43,701 nucleotides of DNA from Verrucomicrobia subdivision 6 bacterium (GCA_945873585.1 CAMCDO010000001.1:1-43701), one strand, 5' to 3'. Numbered from the stretch's first letter, positions 27,040 through 35,735 are shown. The notes: generated from the letters alone by a model not told the origin. Numbers and translations: made by a program.

Positions 27040-27933
27040 ATGATTTCTTCTAGAATTCTTAAGCGACTGCGGGTGGCTCCAGGTCGGCGGGTTAAGCTGA
27101 GAAAGTATCCCACGGATCACGTGGCGGGCTTTGCGGGAACCCCTTTGGGGGAAGAGGCGCTAAAAAATAGGGCCTTGGAAATACTAGGGAAACGAAGAGG
27201 GGAGCTGAGTTCAGCGCAGGAGCTGCTTTATGCCAACGGGACGTACGCTGTTCTTTTGATTTTTCAAGCGATGGATGCGGGAGGAAAAGATGGGACAATT
27301 CGCCATGTTATGTCGGGCGTCAATCCCCAAGGATGTCAGGTTTTTAGTTTCAAGAGGCCTTCGGAAGAGGAGTTGAAGCATAATTTCCTTTGGCGCTGTT
27401 CGAAAAGTCTACCGGAGCGTGGTCGGATCGGCATTTTTAACCGCAGTTACTATGAGGATGTATTGGTGGCAAAGGTTCATCCAGATCGAGTGGACCCGCG
27501 CTTGCCCGAGAAACCAGGAAAAAAGTTCTGGGCGAATCGTTATGAGGACATCAATAACTTCGAAAAGCATCTTCATCGGAATGGCACGCTTATTCTTAAG
27601 TTCTTTCTGCACCTTTCCAAGAAGGAGCAAAAGAGGAGATTTCTCGAGAGATTGACTGATCCGACTAAGAACTGGAAGTACTCATCTGCCGATATGGCGG
27701 AGCGTGCTTATTGGAAGCAGTACCAAAGGGCATTTGAGGAGGCCTTGACGGAGACAAGTACCAAGCATTCCCCTTGGCACGTGATCCCTGCGGATGAAAA
27801 GCATGTGGCGCACGCGCTGGTGGCAGAGTTTGTGGTCAAGGCTATCCAAGATCTGGGATTGCGCACCCCGACCCCAGCAAAAAACGAGAGAGTTGCTTTA
27901 CGGGCAGCTCGGAAACAGTTAGCCAAGGTTTGA
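27040..27933 (+). CDS. ppk2: polyphosphate kinase 2 family protein (single domain, probably class III)
   Basis: QAMDAGGKDG, FNRSYYEDVL, KFFLHLSKKEQ, PWHVIPAD. Confidence 0.93.
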   Translation: MISSRILKRLRVAPGRRVKLRKYPTDHVAGFAGTPLGEEALKNRALEILGKRRGELSSAQELLYANGTYAVLLIFQAMDAGGKDGTIRHVMSGVNPQGCQVFSFKRPSEEELKHNFLWRCSKSLPERGRIGIFNRSYYEDVLVAKVHPDRVDPRLPEKPGKKFWANRYEDINNFEKHLHRNGTLILKFFLHLSKKEQKRRFLERLTDPTKNWKYSSADMAERAYWKQYQRAFEEALTETSTKHSPWHVIPADEKHVAHALVAEFVVKAIQDLGLRTPTPAKNERVALRAARKQLAKV

Positions 27934-27937
27934 GGAA

Positions 27938-27983
27938 CTCACCAGAGTCGCGTTTGCGTGTTTTGGTGGGATAAATTATTTAT
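27938..27983 (+). terminator. long hairpin after ppk2 followed by an AT-rich tract
   Basis: CTCACCAGAG pairs with TTTTGGTGGG using G-U pairs on the + transcript; inner CGC/GCG. Confidence 0.35.
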
Positions 27984-28067
27984 AGTTGCAGCGCGTGATT
28001 TACGGTCCTCGCGTAGGCAAGAGGAGCAAGATTTCGAAAAAGTGCGTAGTTAAGAGGGAATCAATTA

Positions 28068-28373
28068 TTACTGAATGCTCCAAGTATACTCCATCACCCC
28101 ATACTTATGGGAATCGGTCAGCGTGCCAAAGGAGATGTCGACTGTGTTGAAGGTTTCCATCCCTTCGCCAAACCTGGTGCTGGTCCAACTCCCTGTGTAT
28201 CGCCAGAGGTGCGGGGTGAGGCTGACGTCAGGTCCGCGACCCATGTACTCCTTGACCTCTTCTTTGGTCATGCAACGGGTGTCGGATTCAAAGGCGACTT
28301 TTTCAGTGGCAGGACCCGCATGGAGCGTGACGCAAGATAAGAGGAAAGATAAAATAAGAAGGTGAGTTTTCAT
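28068..28373 (-). CDS. small exported hypothetical protein, possibly SmpA/BamE-like fold
   Basis: MKTHLLILSFLLSCVTLHA signal peptide; MTKEEVKEYMGRGPD...WRY; TACTTT 6 nt upstream of the ATG. Confidence 0.7.
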   Translation of the reverse strand: MKTHLLILSFLLSCVTLHAGPATEKVAFESDTRCMTKEEVKEYMGRGPDVSLTPHLWRYTGSWTSTRFGEGMETFNTVDISFGTLTDSHKYGVMEYTWSIQ

Positions 28374-28391
28374 ACCCTCAAAGTAAAAAGA

Positions 28392-29621
28392 ATGGGCCTC
28401 GGCGTCCAGCTTTGCCTTTTGGCGGTGCTGATATGCGCTGTTTCGGGGAGCGGCGGTTCGGCGCAAGTTCCTCAGCGGGAGTCGGAAGTTGCACCTGAGC
28501 GGGAACGCATGGAGGAGCAAGCAACCGAGCAACCAGCCAAGGAAGCAACCCTGAAACTGACAGGGTATGTTGATGCCACCTACCTTTATAACTTTGGCCC
28601 CGGAGATTCGACCAACCCACTTAACTTTCCGTCGGATAACGCCTCGCGGGGGGATTTCAACCTGAGCGCGTTTTGGGTTCGTCTCGAGAAAGAGTTGGTG
28701 CGTGGGAATTCGCCGGAGGCGGGTTTTGTTTGTGGGGCGATGATCGGAGAGGATGCAACCTACTACGCTTCGGCGGATACTAATACTAGTCCATCCGGGC
28801 CAGACAGTAGTTCGATTTATGTGGCGGAAGCGATGGCGAGAATTTGGCTCCCTGAGCTACAGATGGAAATGTGGGTAGGTAAGTTTCAATCGGTGATTGG
28901 TTATGAAACCATCTGGCGTCCGGACAATCCCTGTATCACCTTTGGAATTGCGGATGTTTTCATGCCCCAAGATAATACTGGAGTGCTAGCCATTTTTTCT
29001 CCTGATGACCTTTTCGATGTTGGGGTGGGGGTGGGCGGATGTTCGGGGCAGTCGAATGACCTGGGTGCTAGCGGGAACGGAGACGAGTATGCGGTGATGT
29101 CTTATGCAAAAATTAGCAGTCCGAACAAAAATGCCTTCGTTCAACCTGGATTTTACGCTACGCCCTCCGGAACTCACGGAGCGAACGCTCGTATTAGTCT
29201 CGACCAAAATTTCTACTACAACTGGAACCTTCTCGGAGAGTGGTCTCCCCTTTTTGCAAACGATAAGTGGAAGTTGGCTTTTAACACCACGGGAGGATCA
29301 GGGACAGGGGATACCTCGGAAAACATCCAAGAATCTCCAACGACTTTTGTGACGGGAGCACTTTATTCCATGTGGAGTCTGTCTGATCCAGTCACGCTCA
29401 ATGGAAGGGTGGAGTACGTGCATACCAACAATAATGCGCTCACGGGAACTTCTCGCCTGAGTGGTGGAGATTACTACGACTACACCTTAACCTTGGGGGT
29501 GAAGATCACGGAGGGCCTAGTCTGGCGGGGGGAGGGAAGGTTTGCCTGGGGGGCGGAGCTGATGAATCCCAGAGCGTCGGGCCTTTGGACTGTGGCGACG
29601 GAAATCTATTATCGATTCTGA
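28392..29621 (+). CDS. outer-membrane beta-barrel porin (putative porin-2/OmpL-like)
   Basis: signal peptide, LTGYVDATYLYNF, GKFQSVIGYE, alternating beta strands, C-terminal YYRF. Confidence 0.85.
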   Translation: MGLGVQLCLLAVLICAVSGSGGSAQVPQRESEVAPERERMEEQATEQPAKEATLKLTGYVDATYLYNFGPGDSTNPLNFPSDNASRGDFNLSAFWVRLEKELVRGNSPEAGFVCGAMIGEDATYYASADTNTSPSGPDSSSIYVAEAMARIWLPELQMEMWVGKFQSVIGYETIWRPDNPCITFGIADVFMPQDNTGVLAIFSPDDLFDVGVGVGGCSGQSNDLGASGNGDEYAVMSYAKISSPNKNAFVQPGFYATPSGTHGANARISLDQNFYYNWNLLGEWSPLFANDKWKLAFNTTGGSGTGDTSENIQESPTTFVTGALYSMWSLSDPVTLNGRVEYVHTNNNALTGTSRLSGGDYYDYTLTLGVKITEGLVWRGEGRFAWGAELMNPRASGLWTVATEIYYRF

Positions 29622-30643
29622 GTTTGCTTTTTTTGCCAGATTTCCACTTTTGCGAGAATATCTTCCACGGTGATTCGGTTCATTCGACCTCTGCGATGTT
29701 GGAAAGTCATCTTCGGCTCCTCCCCTGTCTCATGGAAGGCATCCACCAGTAGCTTGGGGTCCTGTCGCCAAGGTCCAACACGGGCGGGGCTGTTGTAGCC
29801 GTAGAGGCCGATGACAGGTCGACCGACCGCCCCCGCAAGGTGAAGTGGGCCGGTATCTGGAGAGATGACCAGATCACATCCTTCGAGAATGGCGACCAAT
29901 CTGCGCAAGCCACACCCCAGAGCTGCGGTGGGAGGATGAAGGCATTCGCGCTGCATTTTCATTCCAAGGGCGGTCTCCCTTGGGGAGAGAGCTCCCACGA
30001 GGATAGTGGTGAAGCCAAACTCTTTGTGGAGGGCATCATTCAAGCGCACCCACGAATCGGGGAGCCAGTCTTTGCGGGGGTTGCTGGTGCCTGCGACAAG
30101 GGCGACGCGGGGAGAGGGCAGATTTTCAAAAAAATCCTTCTGCCAGGCCAACTCGTTGGGCCAGGGGCCGAGATTCCATTCGATAGGTTCAGGGTGGATG
30201 CCGATGACATCAAGAAACTCGAGAAAATGGTCCTGCACATGGCCGAGAGGGCGGGGAGTGATCTTGGTATTGGTGGCGAGCCAGTTGAACTCGCGGGCTC
30301 GGGCCCGATCGAAACCGATTTTGATCGGAGCCTGACAAAGGGCGGTGAGTAGGGTGGCTTTGAAGTAGCACTGCAGATCGAGAACAAGATCAAAGGGACG
30401 TTGGGAAAGTTCCATTCCCATTTTAATAAATCCAGCCAGCCCCGCTTTGCGTTGGAAGATAAGAATCTCATCCACGGCAGGGTGACCTTGAATCAAGGCG
30501 GCTCCTGCCTCTTGGAGGAGCCAGGTGATATGGGCTTGGGGGCGATGGCGTTTGATGGCGCAGACCAAGGGCAGAGCATGAACGACATCGCCGACTGCAC
30601 TGAGCAAGACGATGCAAATCCGGGGTGAGGCAGGAAGATTCAC
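29609..30643 (-). CDS. GT9 LPS heptosyltransferase (OpsX-like)
   Basis: LSAVGDVVH, FDLVLDLQ, KIGFDRARARE, ISPDTGPLHLA. Confidence 0.9.
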   Translation of the reverse strand: MNLPASPRICIVLLSAVGDVVHALPLVCAIKRHRPQAHITWLLQEAGAALIQGHPAVDEILIFQRKAGLAGFIKMGMELSQRPFDLVLDLQCYFKATLLTALCQAPIKIGFDRARAREFNWLATNTKITPRPLGHVQDHFLEFLDVIGIHPEPIEWNLGPWPNELAWQKDFFENLPSPRVALVAGTSNPRKDWLPDSWVRLNDALHKEFGFTTILVGALSPRETALGMKMQRECLHPPTAALGCGLRRLVAILEGCDLVISPDTGPLHLAGAVGRPVIGLYGYNSPARVGPWRQDPKLLVDAFHETGEEPKMTFQHRRGRMNRITVEDILAKVEIWQKKQTQNR

Positions 30644-31410
30644 TTGGTAGGAAAGATTTCTCGCCAGAGTTTAGGAATCTCTTTTTCAGAAAAGCCGAGA
30701 TCCCCCAAGCGAGCTCGCTTGAGGAGGGAGCGGAGGAGGCGGTTTCGGTTGGCAGTGGCTAGGTTTGAGGCAGGGCCTGATTCCCGCCGGATGGCATCGA
30801 CATCGAGGAGCCAAGCGGAAATAGGCGGAGTAGTGAGGCCTGAAATTAGAATGTTGCGGGCGTTGAGATCGGGGTGGCGGATGCCGCGCTGAGCGCAGCA
30901 GTGGAGAAGTTTGCGAACGGCGACGAAGGCCCGGCGGCGCTGGAGAGGGCTAGGCCGTGTAGAGAGGAAAGAGGCAAGGTCGCGACTATCGGGAACAAAC
31001 GAGGTCACCACATCGATTCGGTAAAAGAGACCTGCGGGGTAAAAGCAGACAGCCAGGATGTATGGCGTAGGAACTTTTTCTTGCTGGAGTTTCTCGGCGA
31101 GATCGATTTCGCGGCGAGCTCGGTGGGATCCGCAGTAAAGATCTTGGGCTAATTTTCCCCAGAACCCGCCATGGAGACAGGGTCGAACGATAATTTCCCC
31201 TAGACCTGAGCAGGGCAGAGCGGTGACGGGAGCGCGCCCTAGGTAGAGCCGGCGTTGGGGATGCCGGGAGGCGACAATCCGTAGCGAAAGCTTTGGGTTG
31301 AGTTTTTTCCAAAGGTGCAGAATTGGTTCTTTGGATTTCGGGCGGAGCCAAGCGGGGCCGGTGGGTAGCTGGACAAGGACAAACCCAGAGGGAGGGGCAA
31401 ATATTTTCAT
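30640..31410 (-). CDS. kdkA: Kdo kinase / LPS kinase (KdkA-like)
   Basis: HGGFWGKL..D.Y, catalytic loop HPDLNARNIL, WLLDVD, NRNRLLRSLLK; 4-nt start/stop overlaps on both sides. Confidence 0.8.
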   Translation of the reverse strand: MKIFAPPSGFVLVQLPTGPAWLRPKSKEPILHLWKKLNPKLSLRIVASRHPQRRLYLGRAPVTALPCSGLGEIIVRPCLHGGFWGKLAQDLYCGSHRARREIDLAEKLQQEKVPTPYILAVCFYPAGLFYRIDVVTSFVPDSRDLASFLSTRPSPLQRRRAFVAVRKLLHCCAQRGIRHPDLNARNILISGLTTPPISAWLLDVDAIRRESGPASNLATANRNRLLRSLLKRARLGDLGFSEKEIPKLWREIFPTK

Positions 31411-31913
31411 GGGACGTAGGGTGGAATTGAAAAAGCTGGGGACGATCCTGCGCGTAAGGTGGCGGCTACGGTAGGCGTGATACTTGGGGAGAACTCTTGC
31501 CAACATTTCGTGAGGTAAGCGATTGAATTGGCTTTGGGGGTCTCAGCGGTCGATGGAAGGCGGGTGTTGGCCTCCTGAAGGCTCTTCGCGGGACTCCATC
31601 CCTCGGACTGGAGATCAAAAAGTGCGGCGAGGGCGCGCCGGGTGAAGACGGGACCTTCTGGGCTGGTAAGGTTTTTTGAGGAGAGGGCGGTGGTGATCTT
31701 CTCGAGATTGGCATCGATCTGCCTTTGGCGGCGAACCCGTTCGGACTGTTCCTGAATTCTGCGTTGGGCTTGAGCGTCGAGGTTGGCTTGGACGGGGACA
31801 ACCTGAGCTAGGCAAAGAGAGGGTGCCATGAGCAAAAGAAGCAGGAGACCGACGGAGGCCTGCCGTGGGTTACGGCTTGATATAAATGATCTGGTAGCGG
31901 ACATCGATGCCAT
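31407..31913 (-). CDS. hypothetical exported helical protein (apparent paralog of 23835-24254); start uncertain
   Basis: hydrophobic signal VGLLLLLLMAPSLCLA-Q; LAAL.DL...G..P motif shared with the 23835 gene. Confidence 0.75.
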   Translation of the reverse strand: MASMSATRSFISSRNPRQASVGLLLLLLMAPSLCLAQVVPVQANLDAQAQRRIQEQSERVRRQRQIDANLEKITTALSSKNLTSPEGPVFTRRALAALFDLQSEGWSPAKSLQEANTRLPSTAETPKANSIAYLTKCWQEFSPSITPTVAATLRAGSSPAFSIPPYVP

Positions 31914-32286
31914 CGAGGCGTTCGTCTTGGGTGTTCATGTCAAAGTTCAACCGTTGAGAATTGATGATGGAAGAGACGATGGCGGCGTTGCCTTTTCGGG
32001 AGAGGACCCCGCGAGCGATATTATTGGCGGCGTTTTGAAATCCGCGCTGACGCATAAGAGTTTCATAGCCAATCGTAGTAAACCCGTTGGTCGGAGTGCC
32101 TTTCTTCCAAATCTTGATTCCTTGATTCAGGACAATCTCTTCGTTGGATTTGACGACGGGTGGATTGGTTGTGGTGGCGGGGGGAGTGGTGGCGGGCAAC
32201 CGACCCGCTGGGGGGTTTGTTTCTTGGGCGTGGAGGGAGCAGGTGAAAAGGGCGAAAGTTAAGGCAAGAGGAGGGAGATAGCTCAT
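31870..32286 (-). CDS. exported hypothetical protein
   Basis: signal peptide ending SLHA-Q, Pro/Thr linker, compact alpha/beta domain; TACTCT 6 nt upstream of the ATG. Confidence 0.75.
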   Translation of the reverse strand: MSYLPPLALTFALFTCSLHAQETNPPAGRLPATTPPATTTNPPVVKSNEEIVLNQGIKIWKKGTPTNGFTTIGYETLMRQRGFQNAANNIARGVLSRKGNAAIVSSIINSQRLNFDMNTQDERLDGIDVRYQIIYIKP

Positions 32287-32357
32287 CCCCCTAGAGTATC
32301 CAATTATTGCGAAGAATCGAGTCGTGATTTTAGGCAGGAAGGGTTTATGCCATAGGA

Positions 32358-32615
32358 ATGAAACATAAATCTCTGACCCTACGGACGGACCCGATAACGA
32401 AACTTCTCCTAGCCTTGGTGGCGGCTGGCCTTTGGTGGCATGCCTTTACCCCTTGGGCTTCCAACTCGGCTCACGCGGATGGACCGACCAAGGTTGATAT
32501 CGTTTCTGTTGGGGGCGAAAAACTTGGCTTGGTCAGCCAGGAGGACATCAATTCAGTGGAACCGAATTCTTTCAAGCGGCAAGGAATTCCGGTGACGAAC
32601 GTCAACACCAAGTAG
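32358..32615 (+). CDS. small membrane-anchored or exported hypothetical protein
   Basis: TDPITKLLLALVAAGLWW hydrophobic segment, then KVDIVSVGG. Confidence 0.7.
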   Translation: MKHKSLTLRTDPITKLLLALVAAGLWWHAFTPWASNSAHADGPTKVDIVSVGGEKLGLVSQEDINSVEPNSFKRQGIPVTNVNTK

Positions 32616-32627
32616 ATCCGATTGAGT

Positions 32628-33518
32628 TTAGTGGCGGCGGCCGCGTCCACCTCGACGACGTCGGCGGTAGGGAGCGTGGCTGGCCGTCCGGCGACGGGTG
32701 ACTTTGCGGGCGACTAGGGCTACGCCCTTGACTAGGCCGCGAGCCAGCCAGCTGACGGCTGCCAATAGTTCGCCGATGGGAAGGCGGGGCAGAGTGATTC
32801 CTTTGCCTTTGGCTTGGCTGAGGCCGTGCTTGCCCTCGCGGGCGGCGCGCCGCTCCAGTTCATGGTCGACTTCGTGGCCGATGCGGCGGGCTTCGTCGAT
32901 GGCCTCTTTCATGGTGAAGACAAAACAGGGAATGGGCTGATCGGGCCAGCGGTCTAGGCGAGTTCTTTCTAAGGGCATGGTGCGGACTCCATAGCGACCC
33001 CCTGGCTTCCCCAGATCGGGTTGTCCCACGCCAGCATGAATAAGAATAACCGCGATATTAGGGGTGTGGCCGTAGCCTTGGCGGATCATCTCAGCGGCGG
33101 AGCGGAGCTGTTTTGAGGCACGGGAAACCGCGGAAGCCGAGCCAAGGCCGCTGAGTTTGAACTCGAACACTGTGGTTGCTTTACCGCCAGAGAAGGCGAC
33201 CGCATCCAGCTCGCGGAATCGGCTACGGCCGCGAAGTTGGTCCCCATGTTCGGGATCTTGATATCGAATAATGCGGTGTTCCCCTAATTGAAAGTGGCGA
33301 GAAAGGATGGAGCGGACACCGAACTCCGCGGCGAAGCTGATGACGGATAGAGCGGCAGGCTCAATTCGTTTTTTTCCCGAGCGTTGTCGTTCTTGTCGGC
33401 GGCGGAAGGCAAAACCTTCTGACCAGCGGAGGTAGTCGTGGTCGTCGTAGCGAACGAGACTGACCTTTCCGTAATCGGGCAGCTCGGGAGCGGGTTGAGG
33501 ATGGGAGTGTGAGTTCAG
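32628..33518 (-). CDS. putative PD-(D/E)XK nuclease-fold protein, probable CTG start (296 aa)
   Basis: frame of the 32628-33170 ORF stays open to a TAA at 33540-42; extension gives AAEFGVRSIL...RELDAVAFSGGKATTVFEFK...ASKQL; CTG 33518 overlaps the upstream TGA. Confidence 0.7.
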   Translation of the reverse strand: MNSHSHPQPAPELPDYGKVSLVRYDDHDYLRWSEGFAFRRRQERQRSGKKRIEPAALSVISFAAEFGVRSILSRHFQLGEHRIIRYQDPEHGDQLRGRSRFRELDAVAFSGGKATTVFEFKLSGLGSASAVSRASKQLRSAAEMIRQGYGHTPNIAVILIHAGVGQPDLGKPGGRYGVRTMPLERTRLDRWPDQPIPCFVFTMKEAIDEARRIGHEVDHELERRAAREGKHGLSQAKGKGITLPRLPIGELLAAVSWLARGLVKGVALVARKVTRRRTASHAPYRRRRRGGRGRRH

Positions 33519-33712
33519 TCTGAGGAACTTTCGGGTTTTTTAGCTCCGACAAGGCAGCAGATGCCAGCATTACAAAGAACCAGGGCGAGGGTGCCTGACC
33601 AGAACCACTCCCCGCAGGCGGCGAACTTTTGGTAGGCGGCCCAGCCAAGCAGAGAAAGCCCACTTCCGTTAAGGAAAAGTCCGAGAACCACCAAAAGCAG
33701 CCAACGCATCAT
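33515..33712 (-). CDS. small 2-TM membrane protein (65 aa)
   Basis: MMRWLLLVVLGLFLNGSGLSLLGWA...WFWSGTLALVLCNAGICCLVGA; promoter directly upstream. Confidence 0.7.
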   Translation of the reverse strand: MMRWLLLVVLGLFLNGSGLSLLGWAAYQKFAACGEWFWSGTLALVLCNAGICCLVGAKKPESSSD

Positions 33713-33719
33713 TGAGTTA

Positions 33720-33747
33720 ATTGTAGGTAGGCGAAGCAAACGAGCAA
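33720..33747 (-). promoter_or_regulatory. sigma70-type leaderless promoter for the 2-TM/nuclease pair
   Basis: minus strand TTGCTC (33747-42), 16 bp, TACAAT (33725-20), 7 nt, ATG 33712. Confidence 0.55.
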
Positions 33748-33806
33748 GAGGGGACGCCAAGGCGAAGGATTGACCCGGAGGGTGGAAAAAGGGAGTGTAT
33801 TGGATT

Positions 33807-34877
33807 ATGAAATTCTCTGATCTGGAAAAGCATCTTGGGGGAGAAGCCAAGAATCTCTTGGGCCACACTTGTCGGACTGTGCCCAAGGCACGACTCCACT
33901 TGCCTGGGCCAGATTTTATTAATCGTGTTTGGCGAGATAGTGATCGATCGATTTCTGTTCTACGAAACTTACAGACGACCTTTAGCCACGGAAGGCTGGG
34001 TGGGACGGGATATTTATCGATTTTGCCAGTGGACCAAGGGATTGAGCATTCGGCGGGGGCTTCTTTCGCACCGAACCCTGATTATTTTGATCCAGAAAAT
34101 ATTGTGAAGCTGGCGATCGAGGGAGGGTGCAACGCGGTTGCTTCGACTTTGGGAGTTCTGGGAGCTGTGGCTCGGAAGTATGCCCATCAGATTCCTTTTA
34201 TCCTTAAGATCAACCATAACGAATTGTTGACCTATCCGAATGTAGCGGATGAGAAACTTTTTGCGGGAGTGAAGCAGGCTTTTGACATGGGGGCGGTGGG
34301 TGTGGGGGCAACGATTTACTTCGGCTCGCCAGAATCGGGTCGGCAGATTGAGGAGATATCGCGCTCTTTCGCGGTGGCGCATGAATTAGGCATGTACACT
34401 GTGCTCTGGTGTTACCTGCGGAATCCTGCCTTTAAGACTAAGGATAAGGATTTTCATCTTTCGGCGGATTTGACGGGCCAGGCGAATCATATCGGTTCGA
34501 CGATTCAGGCGGATATTATTAAGCAGAAGCTGCCTGAGAATAATGGGGGTTACACGGCGCTACGAATGGGAGGAAGTGACTACGGGAAAAGTGATCCTCG
34601 GATTTATAGTGAACTTTCATCGGACCATCCGATTGATCTTTGCCGGTATCAGGTTTTGAACTGCTTTGCGGGTCGGGCAGGTTTAATCAACTCGGGTGGA
34701 GCCTCGGGTAAGTATGATGTAGCGGAGGCGATTAAAACGGCGGTGATCAACAAGCGTGCGGGTGGAATGGGGCTGATTTCGGGTCGCAAGGCGTTCCAAA
34801 AGCCTCTGAAGGAGGGGGTGGAACTTCTGAATGCGGTGCAAGACGTTTATCTGGCCAAGGAGATCGACATCGCTTGA
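33807..34877 (+). CDS. fbaB: class I fructose-bisphosphate aldolase (FbaB/DhnA)
   Basis: [28 protein letters not shown] Schiff-base Lys, [10 protein letters not shown]. Confidence 0.96.
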   Translation: MKFSDLEKHLGGEAKNLLGHTCRTVPKARLHLPGPDFINRVWRDSDRSISVLRNLQTTFSHGRLGGTGYLSILPVDQGIEHSAGASFAPNPDYFDPENIVKLAIEGGCNAVASTLGVLGAVARKYAHQIPFILKINHNELLTYPNVADEKLFAGVKQAFDMGAVGVGATIYFGSPESGRQIEEISRSFAVAHELGMYTVLWCYLRNPAFKTKDKDFHLSADLTGQANHIGSTIQADIIKQKLPENNGGYTALRMGGSDYGKSDPRIYSELSSDHPIDLCRYQVLNCFAGRAGLINSGGASGKYDVAEAIKTAVINKRAGGMGLISGRKAFQKPLKEGVELLNAVQDVYLAKEIDIA

Positions 34878-34890
34878 GGTATACGTGGTT

Positions 34891-35703
34891 ATGAGGGTGT
34901 GGTGTTTTACACCCAACCCGGTTCGGGAGAGAAAGTTTGTTGTGGGGTCGGGGCGGGTGGAGGTATCGGATGGGGGGAAAGGCCGGAATGTAGCTCGTCA
35001 GCTTCGGGCGTGGGGAATTCTTGCGATTTCAAAAACCATCTTCGACTCCTTGGTTTCGGGGTCAGACGTAGGGTCAGACCCCAAAGAAAGGACGGGATGG
35101 GCTTTGGTGAGGGAGGGGGAGGAGAGGATCGATTTTTTTACGATGGATCCAGAAATTAACCTCACAGGCTGGGCTAGGATTGGGAAATATTGGAGGCAGG
35201 TTTTGCGAAAAGGGGACTGGTGGGTGGTAGCGGGGAGTTCGGCAACGGGGTGGCCCAAGGGTTGGTGGAAAAAATTGATCAGCGATTTACAAAAAAAGGG
35301 AGTATCCGTTTTGGTGGATAGCCGAGGGGCGCTTTTACGGGAAGCGGTGGAGGCAGGGGTGGACTGGATCAAATGCAATCTTGCGGAGGCAGAGGAGACG
35401 ACGGGGTTGAAGGGGGTCGATCGTTGCATCCGAAGTCTAAAGGGAAATGAAACGACTGGTGTGGTGGTGACCTTGGGAAAAGATGGACTGGCGGCCGAGG
35501 TGAATAGTGGGCGAATCTTTTTTTCTGCACCTCGGGTCAGAGTTTTAGATGCGACAGGATCCGGCGATGTGGTGACGGCTACGATTCTTTATGGAGAGAT
35601 TCAAAAATGGACGATGGAGAGAACCTTGCAAACTGCAGTAAAAGCAGGTGCCTTGAATACCAAGGGAGAGGGAAACGTGGCGAAAGCCATCTTGCGGGGT
35701 TGA
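34891..35703 (+). CDS. PfkB family sugar kinase (1-phosphofructokinase-like, shortened)
   Basis: TPNP, GGKGRNVAR, VDSRG, IKCNLAE, VTLGKDG, DATGSGD. Confidence 0.85.
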   Translation: MRVWCFTPNPVRERKFVVGSGRVEVSDGGKGRNVARQLRAWGILAISKTIFDSLVSGSDVGSDPKERTGWALVREGEERIDFFTMDPEINLTGWARIGKYWRQVLRKGDWWVVAGSSATGWPKGWWKKLISDLQKKGVSVLVDSRGALLREAVEAGVDWIKCNLAEAEETTGLKGVDRCIRSLKGNETTGVVVTLGKDGLAAEVNSGRIFFSAPRVRVLDATGSGDVVTATILYGEIQKWTMERTLQTAVKAGALNTKGEGNVAKAILRG

Positions 35704-35729
35704 GTCGGGCAGGGGTGTTCGTTTAGGAT
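35700..35729 (+). promoter_or_regulatory. sigma70-type leaderless promoter for yebC
   Basis: TTGAGT (35700-05), 18 bp, TAGGAT (35724-29), 6 nt, ATG 35736; same hexamers as the yicC promoter. Confidence 0.55.
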
Positions 35730-35735
35730 ATTTCC

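Noticed and set aside
33361-33663. 100-aa minus-strand ORF
   Set aside because: Overlaps both the 2-TM gene and the extended nuclease frame, which have better support.
23308-33800. Possible prophage or mobile island
   Set aside because: No integrase, transposase, phage gene, tRNA or flanking direct repeat found.
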